In this document: in pieces, positions 18,424 to 29,523 of the stretch
Numbering within the stretch: position 1 is the stretch's first letter
Layout of the letters: each line of letters begins with the position of its first letter
Source of the DNA: Candidatus Omnitrophota bacterium
Lineage (GTDB): Bacteria; Omnitrophota; Omnitrophia; Omnitrophales; Aquincolibacteriaceae
Direction: 5' to 3'
Length of the DNA stretch: 54,682 bases
NCBI GenBank assembly: GCA_023247055.1
Contig: JAHFHF010000010.1
Coordinates: 1 to 54,682, forward strand
Made by a program: the position numbers and the translations under genes
Notes under the pieces: generated by a model
Told to the model about the DNA's origin: nothing
Seen by the model: the letters and a program-made list of their open reading frames with translations, nothing else
The model's database searches: none

Positions 18424-19700
18424 CGATAAACCTCCAAGGCTCTTTTGCCGATGTCGCGGCGGTAAAAACTTCCCTCCGCTTTAATTTTTTCAATGGCTTG
18501 ATAGGCGTGATCATAAGCGGATTTAAGGGTTTCGCCCCATCCCGAGACCGCCAGAATCCGCCCGCCGTCCGTGACCCATTTTCCGGCGCTGTCGCGGGCC
18601 GTGCCGGCATGAAAAACACAGGCGGAATCGGCGGCTTGCGCCGAATCCAGGCCCGTAATTGGAATTTGCTTCTTATAATGGCCCGGGTAGCCTCCGGAAG
18701 CGAGCACCACAGTCAGGCAGCTTTTATCATGCCATTCGAGGGCCGGAATTTGCAGGCGGCCTTCGGCGGCTTCGATCATGATTTGAAGCAAGTCGGATTT
18801 AAGGCGCGGTAGAATCGCCTGGGCCTCGGGATCGCCAAAACGGACATTGTATTCTAAAACATACGGACCTTCTTTGGTCATCATGATCCCGGCATACAGA
18901 ATGCCGCGGAACAAAATTCCGCTTTTGCGCAGCCCATCGACCATCGGACGAATCACAAGATTCACAATCTCTTGAAAACGTTCTTCGGAAACCTGCGGGC
19001 AAGGCGAGTAAGCCCCCATGCCGCCCGTATTCGGGCCGCGGTCGTAATCATACGCGCGTTTATGGTCCTGCGCGCTGGCCAGCGGCAAAATCCGTTCGCC
19101 GTCGGTGACGGCCAGCACAGAAAATTCTTCGCCTTCGAGACATTCTTCAATCACGACTTTACTGCCGGCAGCGCCGAACGTCTGCTGGGTCATCATGGAG
19201 CTCAGGGCCTCCACGGCTTCCTGCGCATTCCGGCAAATGACCACGCCCTTGCCGGCAGCGAGCCCGTCGGCTTTGATCACCAGCGGCATCTCCGCCTCAA
19301 TGACGTAATGTTTGGCCTCATTGATATTCGTAAAGACTTCATGACGTGCCGTCGGAATACCGAATTGGTTCATGCGGTTTTTGGCAAAAGCTTTGCTGGC
19401 TTCCAGCTGCGCCGCTTCCCGCGAAGGACCGAAAATTTTCAGACCCTCTTTTTCAAACCGGTCCACAATGCCGAGGGCCAGCGGCGCTTCAGGACCCACC
19501 ACCGTAAGATCGATGGCTTCACGGTGCGCAAAGGCGGCGAGCCCTTCAAGATCATCGGCTTTGAGAGGAACGCATTCGGCCAGCTGCGCGATACCTGCGC
19601 TGCCCGGAGCGGCATAGAGTTTCGTCAACTGCGGACTTTGTGCGATTTTCCAGGCCAGGGCGTGTTCACGGCCGCCCGAGCCGACGATCAAAACTTTCAT
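18420..19700 (-). CDS. purD: Phosphoribosylamine-glycine ligase
   Basis: GSGGREHA, KADGLAAGKGV, GPNTGGMGAY, RFGDPE. Confidence 0.98.
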   Translation of the reverse strand: MKVLIVGSGGREHALAWKIAQSPQLTKLYAAPGSAGIAQLAECVPLKADDLEGLAAFAHREAIDLTVVGPEAPLALGIVDRFEKEGLKIFGPSREAAQLEASKAFAKNRMNQFGIPTARHEVFTNINEAKHYVIEAEMPLVIKADGLAAGKGVVICRNAQEAVEALSSMMTQQTFGAAGSKVVIEECLEGEEFSVLAVTDGERILPLASAQDHKRAYDYDRGPNTGGMGAYSPCPQVSEERFQEIVNLVIRPMVDGLRKSGILFRGILYAGIMMTKEGPYVLEYNVRFGDPEAQAILPRLKSDLLQIMIEAAEGRLQIPALEWHDKSCLTVVLASGGYPGHYKKQIPITGLDSAQAADSACVFHAGTARDSAGKWVTDGGRILAVSGWGETLKSAYDHAYQAIEKIKAEGSFYRRDIGKRALEVYR

Positions 19701-20722
19701 TTTGCCTCCACGCCGCGGCCGCGGATGATTTCGCCCACAGTCCAGCTCGAAAGTTTGCTCTGCGCGAGCGCATGCTGAACACGGGGCGCATCTTCGGGCC
19801 GTACGATTAGAACCATTCCGATTCCGAGATTAAATGTTCGCATCATTTCAAGATCACTCACATTCCCTTTTTTTTGGATCAGGAAAAAAATATCCGGCAC
19901 GGGCCAGCTGCGTTTCCACACCTGCGCTCCCAGGCCTTCCGGCAAGACACGCGGCAGGTTATCCTGAAAACCACCGCCCGTAATATTGACAATGCCGTTC
20001 AAACGCAGCGTCTCCAGCAGAGCAAGAACCGGTTTAACATAAATGCGCGTCGGCGTCAGGATTTCCCGGCCCGGCTTGCCTTTGAGATCACGGCGGCTCA
20101 AGACTTTACGGATCAAGGAAAAACCATTCGAGTGCACACCGGAAGACGCGATGCCGACCATCAAGTCTCCTTCCCGGATGGCGCTGCCGTCGATGACAGC
20201 ACTGCGCTCGACCAGCCCCACAGAAAAACCGGCAACATCATAAGAACCGGCATGGCCTTTTCCAGTTTGATAAAAGCCCGGCATGATCGCGGTTTCCCCG
20301 CCGACCAGCGCGCAGCTGGCCTCGCGGCAGCCACGCGTAATTCCTTTCAAAACCTCGCTGACCGTTTTTGAATCAAATTTTCCGGATGCAAAGTAATCTA
20401 AAAACAAAACCGGTTTCGCTCCGGTGGTAATGATGTCGTTGACGCACATGGCCACCAGATCAATGCCAATCGTATCATGCTTGCCTTGCAGCGCGGCGAC
20501 CTCCAGCTTCGTACCCACGCCGTCCGTCGAAGTCACCAGCAGCGGATCTTTAAAACCCGTCATGCGCGGATCAAAAAGCGCGGCAAAACCGGTGCGGCTC
20601 CCTATCACGCCGGAGACCTGCGTCGAAGAAATCCAGCCTTTGACCTTGCGGTTGTAACGGTCGTCACCCTTGAGGTGCGGCACGCCCGCCATTTCGTATG
20701 TCCAGGCTTGTTTAGCAGGCAT
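19697..20722 (-). CDS. purM: AIR synthetase
   Basis: TDGVGTK, GIDLVAMCVND, GGETA, SSGVHSNGFSL, TFNLGIG. Confidence 0.97.
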   Translation of the reverse strand: MPAKQAWTYEMAGVPHLKGDDRYNRKVKGWISSTQVSGVIGSRTGFAALFDPRMTGFKDPLLVTSTDGVGTKLEVAALQGKHDTIGIDLVAMCVNDIITTGAKPVLFLDYFASGKFDSKTVSEVLKGITRGCREASCALVGGETAIMPGFYQTGKGHAGSYDVAGFSVGLVERSAVIDGSAIREGDLMVGIASSGVHSNGFSLIRKVLSRRDLKGKPGREILTPTRIYVKPVLALLETLRLNGIVNITGGGFQDNLPRVLPEGLGAQVWKRSWPVPDIFFLIQKKGNVSDLEMMRTFNLGIGMVLIVRPEDAPRVQHALAQSKLSSWTVGEIIRGRGVEAK

Positions 20723-22131
20723 CAGCCTTTGCTCCGTTCCAGTTTGAACTTGTCGGTCTCGTCAAAAATTTTCGTGGGATAATTCCCGCTGAAGCAGGCC
20801 GTACAAAAATCCGAGGGTTTATGGGTCGTGGCCGCAAGCATTCCTTCGATGCTGAGGTAGCCCAGGCTATCGACTTCGAGAAACTTTTTAATTTCTTCCA
20901 TGGATTTATTGCAGGCCAAAAGTTCACTTTTCGACGGAAAATCAATGCCGTAATAACAGGGCGAAATATGCGGCGGGCAGCTGATGCGCATGTGCACTTC
21001 TTTGGCCCCGGCACGGCGCAACAGCGAAACACGCGATTTAGACGTATTGCCGCGCACAATTGAATCATCGATGACCACCACGCGTTTACCGGTGACAATT
21101 TCCCGGATCGGATTCAGCTTGATGCGGACTTTGAGCGAGCGCTGCGCCTGACTGGGGCTGATAAAAGTGCGGCCCACATAGTGATTGCGCGTAAATCCGT
21201 GCGCCAAGGGAATCCCCGATTCGCGGGCATACCCCATGGCCGCAAAATTGCCCGAGTCCGGCACAGGCACGACAATATCGGCGCTGGCGGGATGCTCTTT
21301 GGCCAGCTGCCGGCCGAGCCGTTCCCGGACCAAGCCCACATTGTCGCCGAAAAGAGTCGAGTCCGGACGCGCAAAATAGACGTGCTCAAAAATGCAGTGC
21401 GCGCGGCGGATATTCTGGTCCTTAAACGGAAAAAGACTGCGCAGGCCGCGGGCATCAATGACGACAATTTCGCCCGGTTCGACTTCGCGGATATATTCGG
21501 CACCGGTCAAATCGAGAGCGCAAGTCTCAGAAGCCAGCACGTAGCTTTCTCCGATGCGTCCGATGCAAAGCGGCCTGAATCCATACGGATCGCGCACGCC
21601 GAAAAGCTGGGACTCGGTTAAAATGACCAGGCTGTAGGCGCCTTCCACGCGCTGAACGGAATTGAAAATGGCCTCTTCCCGTGATTTGTAGGATGGTTTT
21701 GCGAGCAAGTGGACAAAAATTTCAGAATCGATCGTGCTCGAAAAAATAGACCCGTAAGCTTCCAGTTCATCGCGCAGAATCTGCGCATTGACCAGATTGC
21801 CGTTATGCGCCACGGCTACTTGACCGCGCGAATAGCTGACCATGTGCGGCTGGGAATTTTGCAGCGTCGAAGACCCCGTCGTGGAATAGCGCACATGGCC
21901 AATCGCCATGTCGCCCGGTAAGGTATTCAGATTCGTTTCATTAAAAACTTCCCCGACTAGCCCGGTGTTTTTATAGAGGTGCAGGCTTTTTCCGTCGCTC
22001 GTACAAATGCCCGCCGCTTCCTCGCCCCGGTGCTGCAGGGCAAAGAGCCCCAAATGGGTCAGACGCGCCGCTTCCGGGTGATTAAAAACCCCGAAAACGC
22101 CGCAATGGTCCTTGATATTTTCCCCGCTCAT
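20722..22131 (-). CDS. purF: Amidophosphoribosyltransferase
   Basis: Propeptide then [33 protein letters not shown] Fe-S ligands. Confidence 0.98.
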   Translation of the reverse strand: MSGENIKDHCGVFGVFNHPEAARLTHLGLFALQHRGEEAAGICTSDGKSLHLYKNTGLVGEVFNETNLNTLPGDMAIGHVRYSTTGSSTLQNSQPHMVSYSRGQVAVAHNGNLVNAQILRDELEAYGSIFSSTIDSEIFVHLLAKPSYKSREEAIFNSVQRVEGAYSLVILTESQLFGVRDPYGFRPLCIGRIGESYVLASETCALDLTGAEYIREVEPGEIVVIDARGLRSLFPFKDQNIRRAHCIFEHVYFARPDSTLFGDNVGLVRERLGRQLAKEHPASADIVVPVPDSGNFAAMGYARESGIPLAHGFTRNHYVGRTFISPSQAQRSLKVRIKLNPIREIVTGKRVVVIDDSIVRGNTSKSRVSLLRRAGAKEVHMRISCPPHISPCYYGIDFPSKSELLACNKSMEEIKKFLEVDSLGYLSIEGMLAATTHKPSDFCTACFSGNYPTKIFDETDKFKLERSKG

Positions 22132-24410
22132 ACCCCTCCGTTCAGACTGTCCGGCAGGACTTTTTCATAAAGACGGCTCAGGTCCGCCACGGCCAGCTGA
22201 ATGCGTTCCCCGAGAACCAGATCTTTTCCGCCGGCTTTGCCAATTTGAAAAACCGGCAGGCCCCATTTTTGGGCTTCATGCACAAGCACTTCTTTATGCT
22301 CCGGCTTGACCGTCACTACGCAGCGCGACTGGCTTTCACCAAAATAAAGAGCATCCGCGCGCAACTTGCCTTCCGTCCCCGTCTGTGCCTGCGGACCCAG
22401 CGCGCTTTGCATCACCATGTCCAACTGGTCCACCACGGCACCGAGTTTTGCCGGTGAGCGAATGGCACATTCGGCCAAAGTGACCGCTAAACCACCCTCC
22501 GAAAGGTCATGGCAGGAAGACAAAACTTTTTTACCGGCCAGCCCCAAAATCAAACGGCCCAGAGCGGCTTCGCGTTCAAGGTCTAAGCGCGGCGGCAGCC
22601 CTTGCTTACGGCCGTGAATTACGGACAAATAGTGGCTTGCGCCGATTTCATTGCGGGTAGCGCCAAGCAAAAAGATCAAGTCACCTTGGTTTTGAAAAGC
22701 GGACGGCACGCGGGTTTCAATGTCTTCGATAAGACCGACAATGCCGACGGTCGGCGTCGGATAAATGGCACCCTGCGGATTTTCATTGTAAAAACTAACG
22801 TTGCCGCCGGTCACGGGAATACCGAACGCGCGGCAGGCGTCCGACATCCCATTGACCGCTTGATGAAATGTCCAGAACACTTCCGGCTTCATCGGATTGC
22901 CGAAATTGAGGCAGTTCGTCATTCCCAGGGGACGGGCGCCGGTTGAAATCACATTGCGCACCGCTTCAGCCACGGCAATTTTTCCGCCTTCATACGGATC
23001 CAGGTAGCAGTACAAACTGTTGCAGTCCGTCGAAGCCGCAAGGCCTTTGGTCGTCCCCTTGATGCGCACCAGCGCGGCATCATGGCCCGGGTAAAAAACC
23101 GTGTCCGTACGGACCATGTGGTCGTATTGCTCCCAAATCCAGGCTTTGGAAGCAATCGAAGGATGCGCCAGCAGTTTCAGCAAGACCGCATTGAAATCCT
23201 GCGGTTCCGGAATACCGGCAAGATCCAGTTTCTGTTCCAATTCCAGATAAGCCGGCTGCTTTTCTTCCCGCACATTGACCGGGCCTTCATCAACCAGCGC
23301 CTTGGCCGGAATTTCGCTGGCCAGCTTGCCGTTTTCAAAAACACGCATCGTCGTGCCTTCTTTGACTTCGCCGATGCGGGCCGCATGCAGGTCCCACTTT
23401 TCAAAAATGTCTTCGACGATTTTCTCTTTGCCTTTTTTGACAATGATCAGCATGCGTTCCTGCGATTCCGAGAGCATAATTTCATACGAGGTCATACCGG
23501 TTTCACGCTGCGGCACTTTGGCCAAATCGATCTCGATGCCCATGGCCGCCCGCGCGGCTGTTTCCGAAGTCGCGCAGGTCAGGCCGGCTGCGCCCATGTC
23601 CTGCATGCCCACAAGCGCATCGGTTTGGCAGAGTTCAAGGCAGGCTTCCATCAGGAGTTTTTCCATAAACGGATCGCCCACCTGCACCGCGGGACGGTCT
23701 TCATGACTTTCTTCGCTTAAATCGCGCGAGGCAAAAGCCGCGCCGCCCAGGCCGTCGCGCCCCGTGCCGGGGCCGACATAATACACAGGATTGCCCGCGC
23801 CGGAGGCCTTGCCCTTCACAATCGAATCTTTCGTGACTAGCCCCACGGCCATGGCATTGACCAGCGGATTGCCTTCGTAGCATTCGTCGAAGTAAACTTC
23901 GCCGCCCACAGTCGGAATGCCCATGCAGTTGCCGTAATGCGAAATACCGGCCACGACGCCGCGCACCAGGCGCTGGGTCTGAGGCGAATCCAGCTTGCCA
24001 AAACGCAGCGAATTCATCAAAAAAATCGGCCGCGCACCCATGGTAAAAATATCGCGCAGAATGCCGCCGACGCCGGTCGCGGCTCCCTGAAACGGTTCAA
24101 TCGCCGAAGGATGGTTATGACTTTCGATTTTGAAACAAACCGCAAGGCCATCGCCGATGTCGACGATGCCTGCATTTTCTTCGCCGGCTTTGACTAAGAC
24201 ACCGGCACCAGACGTAGGAAACAATTTCAGGATCGGCTTGGAATTTTTGTACGAGCAGTGCTCGCTCCACATCACGCTGAACATACCCAACTCGGTCAGA
24301 TTGGGCTCGCGGCCGATTTTCTTGATAATCATCTGATACTCTTCCGGCGTAATGCCGTGAAGCGCGATCAGTTTCGGCGTAATGGCAGGAGGATTTTGGG
24401 TCATGGTCAT
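22128..24410 (-). CDS. purL: FGAM synthase subunit PurL
   Basis: [27 protein letters not shown]; ATGA overlap with the purQ stop. Confidence 0.98.
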   Translation of the reverse strand: MTMTQNPPAITPKLIALHGITPEEYQMIIKKIGREPNLTELGMFSVMWSEHCSYKNSKPILKLFPTSGAGVLVKAGEENAGIVDIGDGLAVCFKIESHNHPSAIEPFQGAATGVGGILRDIFTMGARPIFLMNSLRFGKLDSPQTQRLVRGVVAGISHYGNCMGIPTVGGEVYFDECYEGNPLVNAMAVGLVTKDSIVKGKASGAGNPVYYVGPGTGRDGLGGAAFASRDLSEESHEDRPAVQVGDPFMEKLLMEACLELCQTDALVGMQDMGAAGLTCATSETAARAAMGIEIDLAKVPQRETGMTSYEIMLSESQERMLIIVKKGKEKIVEDIFEKWDLHAARIGEVKEGTTMRVFENGKLASEIPAKALVDEGPVNVREEKQPAYLELEQKLDLAGIPEPQDFNAVLLKLLAHPSIASKAWIWEQYDHMVRTDTVFYPGHDAALVRIKGTTKGLAASTDCNSLYCYLDPYEGGKIAVAEAVRNVISTGARPLGMTNCLNFGNPMKPEVFWTFHQAVNGMSDACRAFGIPVTGGNVSFYNENPQGAIYPTPTVGIVGLIEDIETRVPSAFQNQGDLIFLLGATRNEIGASHYLSVIHGRKQGLPPRLDLEREAALGRLILGLAGKKVLSSCHDLSEGGLAVTLAECAIRSPAKLGAVVDQLDMVMQSALGPQAQTGTEGKLRADALYFGESQSRCVVTVKPEHKEVLVHEAQKWGLPVFQIGKAGGKDLVLGERIQLAVADLSRLYEKVLPDSLNGGV

Positions 24411-25126
24411 ACGAGACTTTCCCACAGGGCCCGGCCGTCCGTCAGCGCCAGCAGGCTTTCGCTGGCGCGCTCCGGATGCGGCATCATGCCCAGGATGTTG
24501 CGCTTGGCATTGGTAATCCCGGCAATGTGGCCAAGCGACCCATTCGGATTAAACTCATCGCCAAGTTCACCGGTCTGTGCCGAGTAGCGGAAAACAATGC
24601 TTTGGGAATCTTCCAAACCTTTCAGCGTATCGTTGTCGCAAAAATAATTTCCCTCGCCGTGGGCAATCGGGATTTGGAGGATCGCGCCGCTTTGAAATTT
24701 GCGCGTAAAGGGAGTCTGGTTATTTTCAACCCGCAGCCAAACCGGCTTGCAGATAAAAGACAGTGAGCGGTTGCGCAGCATAGCGCCTGGCAGCAGTCCG
24801 GCCTCGAGCAAAATCTGAAAGCCGTTGCAGATTCCCAGCACCAGCCGGCCGGCTTCCGCATGGCGCTTCACGTCCTGCATGACCGGTGAAAACCGGGCAA
24901 TCGCGCCCGTACGCAGATAATCTCCGTAACTGAAACCGCCCGGCAGGACCACGAGGTCGCACTGCGGCAGTTTGCCCTGCTTGTGCCAGACAAACTCCAC
25001 CGGAATTTTTAACACATCGCGAAGGACGTGAAAACAATCCGTATCACAGTTGGAACCGGGGAAAACAACGATAACCGCTTTCAAACCTTCACCCTTGGTT
25101 AATTCCTGCCGTGGCAATTCATGCAT
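24407..25126 (-). CDS. purQ: FGAM synthase glutaminase subunit PurQ
   Basis: [29 protein letters not shown]; the true start may be TTG at 25084. Confidence 0.97.
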   Translation of the reverse strand: MHELPRQELTKGEGLKAVIVVFPGSNCDTDCFHVLRDVLKIPVEFVWHKQGKLPQCDLVVLPGGFSYGDYLRTGAIARFSPVMQDVKRHAEAGRLVLGICNGFQILLEAGLLPGAMLRNRSLSFICKPVWLRVENNQTPFTRKFQSGAILQIPIAHGEGNYFCDNDTLKGLEDSQSIVFRYSAQTGELGDEFNPNGSLGHIAGITNAKRNILGMMPHPERASESLLALTDGRALWESLV

Positions 25127-25128
25127 TG

Positions 25129-25383
25129 CTACGCTGATTTTGTTAATGTAAATGAATACTCTTCGATGACGGGATTAATCAGCACGCGTTCGCAAATTTT
25201 GCGCAGGCTTTCCTCCGCTTTCTTTTCATCCGCCGCCTCAAGAGCGACTTCAAAATACTTACCCACCCGAATGTCGCGGGCCTCTTTAAACCCTAAAGTT
25301 CCAAGCGCATGCAAAACTGTCTTGCCCTGCGGATCAAGAACCGACTTTTTCAAACTGACATGCACTTGCGCTTTATAACTCAT
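25129..25383 (-). CDS. purS: FGAM synthase subunit PurS
   Basis: [21 protein letters not shown]. Confidence 0.96.
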   Translation of the reverse strand: MSYKAQVHVSLKKSVLDPQGKTVLHALGTLGFKEARDIRVGKYFEVALEAADEKKAEESLRKICERVLINPVIEEYSFTLTKSA

Positions 25384-25464
25384 AATTTCCTTTCTTGCGG
25401 ACAAGTATTTGTCATCCTGAGCCGTGCCAGAATAACAACTTTAAAATTCGCAATACCGAACCTC

Positions 25465-26391
25465 TCAAACGGCGCCGTCGAGCGGCTTGCCGGTCAAACG
25501 TTCATAAACATCCTGGTACGCCTTGCTGGTTTTTTCAATCACTTCCGGCGTCAAGGACGGCGCGGGCGGCTGTTTGTTCCAACCCAGCGTCAAAAGATAA
25601 TTGCGCACGATTTGCTTGTCGTAACTCGGTTGATCGCGGCCGGTTTCGTACTGGTCTTGGGGCCAAAAACGCGAACTGTCCGGCGTCAACACTTCGTCAA
25701 TCAGAATGACTTTGCCGCCGCGCAAGCCGAATTCAAATTTGGTGTCAGCAATCAAAATGCCGCGCGTTTCGGCATAGGCCGCACCGCGCTTATAAATTTC
25801 GATTGAAAGTCCGCGCACCTGCTCTGCCACGTCACGGCCTTCGCGCTGAACAGCGGTTTCAAAATCAATGTTGATGTCATGGCCGGCGGCTTCTTTCGTC
25901 GCCGGCGTGAAAATCGGTTCTTGCAATTTTTCGCACTGTTTTAACCCTGTGGGCAGCTTATGGCCGCAGACGGCTTGGGTCGCTTTATAGTCGTTCCAGC
26001 CTGAGCCGGTAATGTAACCGCGCACCACGCATTCAATCGATAGCGGATTAGCACGGTGCACCAACATGCTGCGGCCTTCGAGTTCAGCGCCGAAACGTTC
26101 GAGAAAACTTTTGTCGAAACCCATGGCCCGCACATCGCCCGTGATCAGGTGGTGCGGCAGCAGGTCTTTAAAGAAATTAAACCAGAAAATCGAAATCTGG
26201 GTCAGGACGCGGCCTTTGTTCGGAATGGGATTGGGCAGCACCACGTCAAAAGCGCTCAAGCGGTCGGTCGTCACAATCAACAGTTTGTCATCACCAACCG
26301 CATAAATATCGCGCACTTTTCCCCGGCCGATCACCGGCAAGGGCAGATTGGTTTGCAGCACGGTTTGTACTTTTGAAGTCGTCACGGGCAT
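25465..26391 (-). CDS. purC: SAICAR synthetase
   Basis: GKVRDIY, TDRLSAFD, ADTKFEFG, DEVLTPDSSRFW. Confidence 0.98.
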   Translation of the reverse strand: MPVTTSKVQTVLQTNLPLPVIGRGKVRDIYAVGDDKLLIVTTDRLSAFDVVLPNPIPNKGRVLTQISIFWFNFFKDLLPHHLITGDVRAMGFDKSFLERFGAELEGRSMLVHRANPLSIECVVRGYITGSGWNDYKATQAVCGHKLPTGLKQCEKLQEPIFTPATKEAAGHDINIDFETAVQREGRDVAEQVRGLSIEIYKRGAAYAETRGILIADTKFEFGLRGGKVILIDEVLTPDSSRFWPQDQYETGRDQPSYDKQIVRNYLLTLGWNKQPPAPSLTPEVIEKTSKAYQDVYERLTGKPLDGAV

Positions 26392-26402
26392 GGTCTCCTC
26401 CG

Positions 26403-27698
26403 CTAAATGCCGAGTCGTTTAAAGATTTTTCCGACGTTCTTAAGATGATATTGATATTGAAAAACCTGATGAATTTCCGACGGCTTCAAGACCTTAAGCA
26501 GTGCCGGATCGCTTAGCACCGCCTCATGCAGTGTCAGTTTTGGATTTTCCCAGACCCGCCGCGCGGCGTCTTGCACCAGCGCATAGCCCTGTTCGCGCGT
26601 CAGGCCTTTTTCCACGAGTTGCAGCAGCAGGCCCTGCGAAAAAACCATGCCGCGGCTCAATTCGAGGTTGGCCAGCATGCGCTCCGGATAGACCTGCAGG
26701 TTTTCAATGACGGGTGTCATGAGCGTCAGCATGTAATGCGCCAGAATCGTACTATCCGGAAAAATAACGCGCTCCACCGAAGAATGGGTAATGTCGCGTT
26801 CATGCCAAAGTGCAATATTTTCTAAAGCAGCCACGGCATTGCCCCGCAAAATACGCGCCAGGCCGGCAACACGTTCACAGGTAATGGGGTTGCGCTTATG
26901 CGGCATGGCCGACGACCCCTTCTGCCCTTTGCCGAAAAATTCTTCCACCTCGCGCGTCTCCGTTTTTTGCAGACTGCGAATTTCGGTCGCAAGCTGCTCG
27001 AGCGAACCGCCGAGAACGGCCAGGGCCGCCATAAACTCCGCGTGGCGGTCGCGCTGGATGACTTGGGTTGAAATTGGATCCGCTTTCAGTCCCAGCTTTT
27101 TGCAGACATACGTTTCAACGCGCGGATCGACGTTGGCAAAAGTCCCCACAGCCCCGGAAATTTTTCCGTATGCAATATTTTCACGCGCGTTTTCAACACG
27201 GCGCAGATTGCGGCGCAGCTGTTCGTAAAAAAGCGCCATTTTCAAGCCGAACGTGACCGGCTCGGCATGCACGCCGTGGCTGCGCCCGACCATGATCGTC
27301 ATTTTATGGCGGCGCGCCTTGGCCTTCAGCGCGGCGATGAGTTTTTTTAATTCGATTAAAATAAGGTCTGCGGCTTCGCGCAATTGGATCGCAAGCGCGG
27401 TATCCAGAATGTCGGAAGAGGTCAGTCCGAAGTGCACATAGCGGCCCGCGGGTCCGACGCGTTCGGCGAGATTGGTGAGAAAGGCAATCACGTCGTGGTT
27501 GACGACTTTTTCAATTTCCTGAATGCGCTTCAGGTCAAAGCCGGCTTTTTTCTCGACTTTGGCTGGAACATTTTTGGGGATGAAGCCATAGTGCGCCAAG
27601 GCACGCAAAGCCGCCAACTCGACATCAAGCCATTTCTGCACCTTATTTTGTTCGGTCCAGATCGCCCCCATTTCAGGGCGCGTATAACGCGAAATCAT
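26403..27698 (-). CDS. purB: Adenylosuccinate lyase
   Basis: MISRY, HFGLTSSD, GSSAMPHKRNP, WHERDITHSSVER. Confidence 0.98.
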   Translation of the reverse strand: MISRYTRPEMGAIWTEQNKVQKWLDVELAALRALAHYGFIPKNVPAKVEKKAGFDLKRIQEIEKVVNHDVIAFLTNLAERVGPAGRYVHFGLTSSDILDTALAIQLREAADLILIELKKLIAALKAKARRHKMTIMVGRSHGVHAEPVTFGLKMALFYEQLRRNLRRVENARENIAYGKISGAVGTFANVDPRVETYVCKKLGLKADPISTQVIQRDRHAEFMAALAVLGGSLEQLATEIRSLQKTETREVEEFFGKGQKGSSAMPHKRNPITCERVAGLARILRGNAVAALENIALWHERDITHSSVERVIFPDSTILAHYMLTLMTPVIENLQVYPERMLANLELSRGMVFSQGLLLQLVEKGLTREQGYALVQDAARRVWENPKLTLHEAVLSDPALLKVLKPSEIHQVFQYQYHLKNVGKIFKRLGI

Positions 27699-27737
27699 GG
27701 TTCTCCTTGTCCCCCGCATCGCATGCAGCGAACAATT

Positions 27738-27815
27738 TGGTAGCGCTAACGGGATTTAAACCCGTGTTTTTGCCTTGAGAGGGCAACGTCCTAGATCAGG
27801 CTAGACGATAGCGCC
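27738..27815 (-). tRNA. tRNA-Glu (anticodon CTC), CCA encoded
   Basis: GGCGCTA/TAGCGCT acceptor, GTCT/GGAC D-stem, TTGCC-CTCTCAA-GGCAA anticodon arm, ACGGG-TTTAAAT-CCCGT T-arm, A-CCA end. Confidence 0.95.
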
Positions 27816-27941
27816 CCGGCTTAACGGATTGACAGTTGAGACGCAAAATTGTTTTAATAATCTACCGAGGGCGGCCTGATATAAGGCCTTGATAGGATTC
27901 AGCTTAAGCGGTCATCAAGCGGCCTGCCCCGTGAAACCGTG

Positions 27942-27970
27942 AGTATAGCATGGCCTCTGGGGGCAATCAA
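27942..27970 (-). promoter_or_regulatory. Sigma70-type promoter for the tRNA-Glu/pur operon
   Basis: TTGATT-N17-TATACT with extended -10 TGn on the minus strand. Confidence 0.65.
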
Positions 27971-27985
27971 CCGGACTTTCACGCT

Positions 27986-28429
27986 TCATGACCGCGGCTG
28001 CGGCGTATCTTCTTCCCTGAGCGACTGAATATACGCGACGAGGTCAATCATTTGACGGACGGTCATAATTTCAGAAAAATCTCCCATCCGGGACAAATGA
28101 CCTTCGTCGGCCTGGCCGTCAGAATTGAGCGCAATGGTATGCGACGGGGAAACCACGGAATTTGCAATCCAGCCTGTGGGATAAGCCGCCTGCTGCGGAC
28201 CCAAGACGGGTCCTCTTTTTGCAGCGATGGGCATGTTTTTTCCGGCCTGGTCCGCTGTCTGATGGCAGGCCGTGCACTTCAACTCCTCAAAAGCTTTCCG
28301 GCCGGATTGCGGATCCCCTTTAGGAATAAAAAAATACTCCGCGGGTTCCATCTCGTCATCACGGTTGGCCCAACCAACGCTGCAAGCCGCCCAAAAAAGC
28401 ATAAAAAACAAAACGGGTTTTACCCTCAT
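27986..28429 (-). CDS. Periplasmic monoheme cytochrome c
   Basis: Signal peptide, GDPQSGRKAF, CTACH heme motif, distal Met (SRMGDF), DLVAYIQSL. Confidence 0.88.
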   Translation of the reverse strand: MRVKPVLFFMLFWAACSVGWANRDDEMEPAEYFFIPKGDPQSGRKAFEELKCTACHQTADQAGKNMPIAAKRGPVLGPQQAAYPTGWIANSVVSPSHTIALNSDGQADEGHLSRMGDFSEIMTVRQMIDLVAYIQSLREEDTPQPRS

Positions 28430-28456
28430 AGCGCCTCCTGAAAAAATGAATGCGGT

Positions 28457-29482
28457 TTAAACAATCCGGTTTAACGGTTTTCCCATGAGAAAAGCTTGCA
28501 TGTTTTCAAGCGTCGTGTCCAGTATTCTCTCAACAGCTTCGCGCGAATAAAAAGCCATATGCGGAGTATAAATGACATTCTCGCGGTGCAAAAGCACATG
28601 ATTTTTAAGCGTGGTCTGCAGTTTCTGCCAATGAGCCTCCTCGTTTCCATTTTGCAGCAATCTTTTTTCTTCGAGAAGATACTCCTCTTCTTCCAAAACG
28701 TCCAGCCCGGCACCGCTTAAAATCTTTTCATTCAGCGCCGCCACCAGCGCATCGGTATCGACCAGTCCGCCGCGCGCGGTGTTGATGAGCAGGGCGCCGC
28801 GTTTAATGAACTGGATAGTTTTTGAATTAATGATGTGCCGTGTTTCAGGGAGATAAGGCACGTGCAAACTGAGAATATCCGCCTGGCCCAAAACGCTTTC
28901 GAGCGGCGCATAGTGAAACCCCATGACTTCGGCAAGGAACGTTTGCTCTTTGACATCGAACGCGGCCACTTTCATGCCGAATCCCAGCGCCATACGGATC
29001 ACGTGCAGCCCGATGTGCCCGGTGCCGATGATGCCCAGCGTTTTACCCTTGAGGTCAAAGCCCATTAGCCCATCCAGGCGAAAATCATTTTGCAGCGTGC
29101 GCAAATAGGCCTTCCGCAAATTCCTGGAAAGCGAGAGGATCAGCGCAAAGGTATGTTCGGCCACCGTATTCTCGCCGTAGACCGGTACGTTCGCAACGGC
29201 AATTCCGCGGGACTGGCACGCTTTCAGGTCAATGTGATCGTAACCCGTTGAACGCGTCGTGACCAGGCGCAGATGCGGAAGCGTTTTGAGGAGCGTCTCG
29301 TCCACTTTTGATTTAATAAAAACGGAAAGAATCACAGTGTCCTTCATTTCCGCTGCGATTTCCTGCGCGGTCCGGCGGTCATAGCGCACCGTTGTTTCTT
29401 CGCCGGCTTGCGCCTGCAGATAACCTTCTTCAAAGGGCTGCGTCTCTGCAAAAACCGCACAGTCTTTAAAATCTAATTTCAC
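28457..29482 (-). CDS. D-2-hydroxyacid dehydrogenase (D-lactate dehydrogenase-like)
   Basis: RSTGYDHID, VAEH, GIIGTGHIG, INTARG, LDVLEEE, TPHMAF. Confidence 0.9.
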   Translation of the reverse strand: MKLDFKDCAVFAETQPFEEGYLQAQAGEETTVRYDRRTAQEIAAEMKDTVILSVFIKSKVDETLLKTLPHLRLVTTRSTGYDHIDLKACQSRGIAVANVPVYGENTVAEHTFALILSLSRNLRKAYLRTLQNDFRLDGLMGFDLKGKTLGIIGTGHIGLHVIRMALGFGMKVAAFDVKEQTFLAEVMGFHYAPLESVLGQADILSLHVPYLPETRHIINSKTIQFIKRGALLINTARGGLVDTDALVAALNEKILSGAGLDVLEEEEYLLEEKRLLQNGNEEAHWQKLQTTLKNHVLLHRENVIYTPHMAFYSREAVERILDTTLENMQAFLMGKPLNRIV

Positions 29483-29523
29483 AAACCCTCCGCCGCTTCA
29501 GGGACTGCGCAGTCCCCGCGGTC

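Noticed and set aside
25408-25465. REP-like TGTCATCCTGAGC remnant between purC and purS
   Set aside because: Single short match with no partner arm or second copy in the window
27816-27940. Purine or ZTP riboswitch ahead of the pur operon
   Set aside because: No recognisable consensus; only a short ggcct/aggcc hairpin
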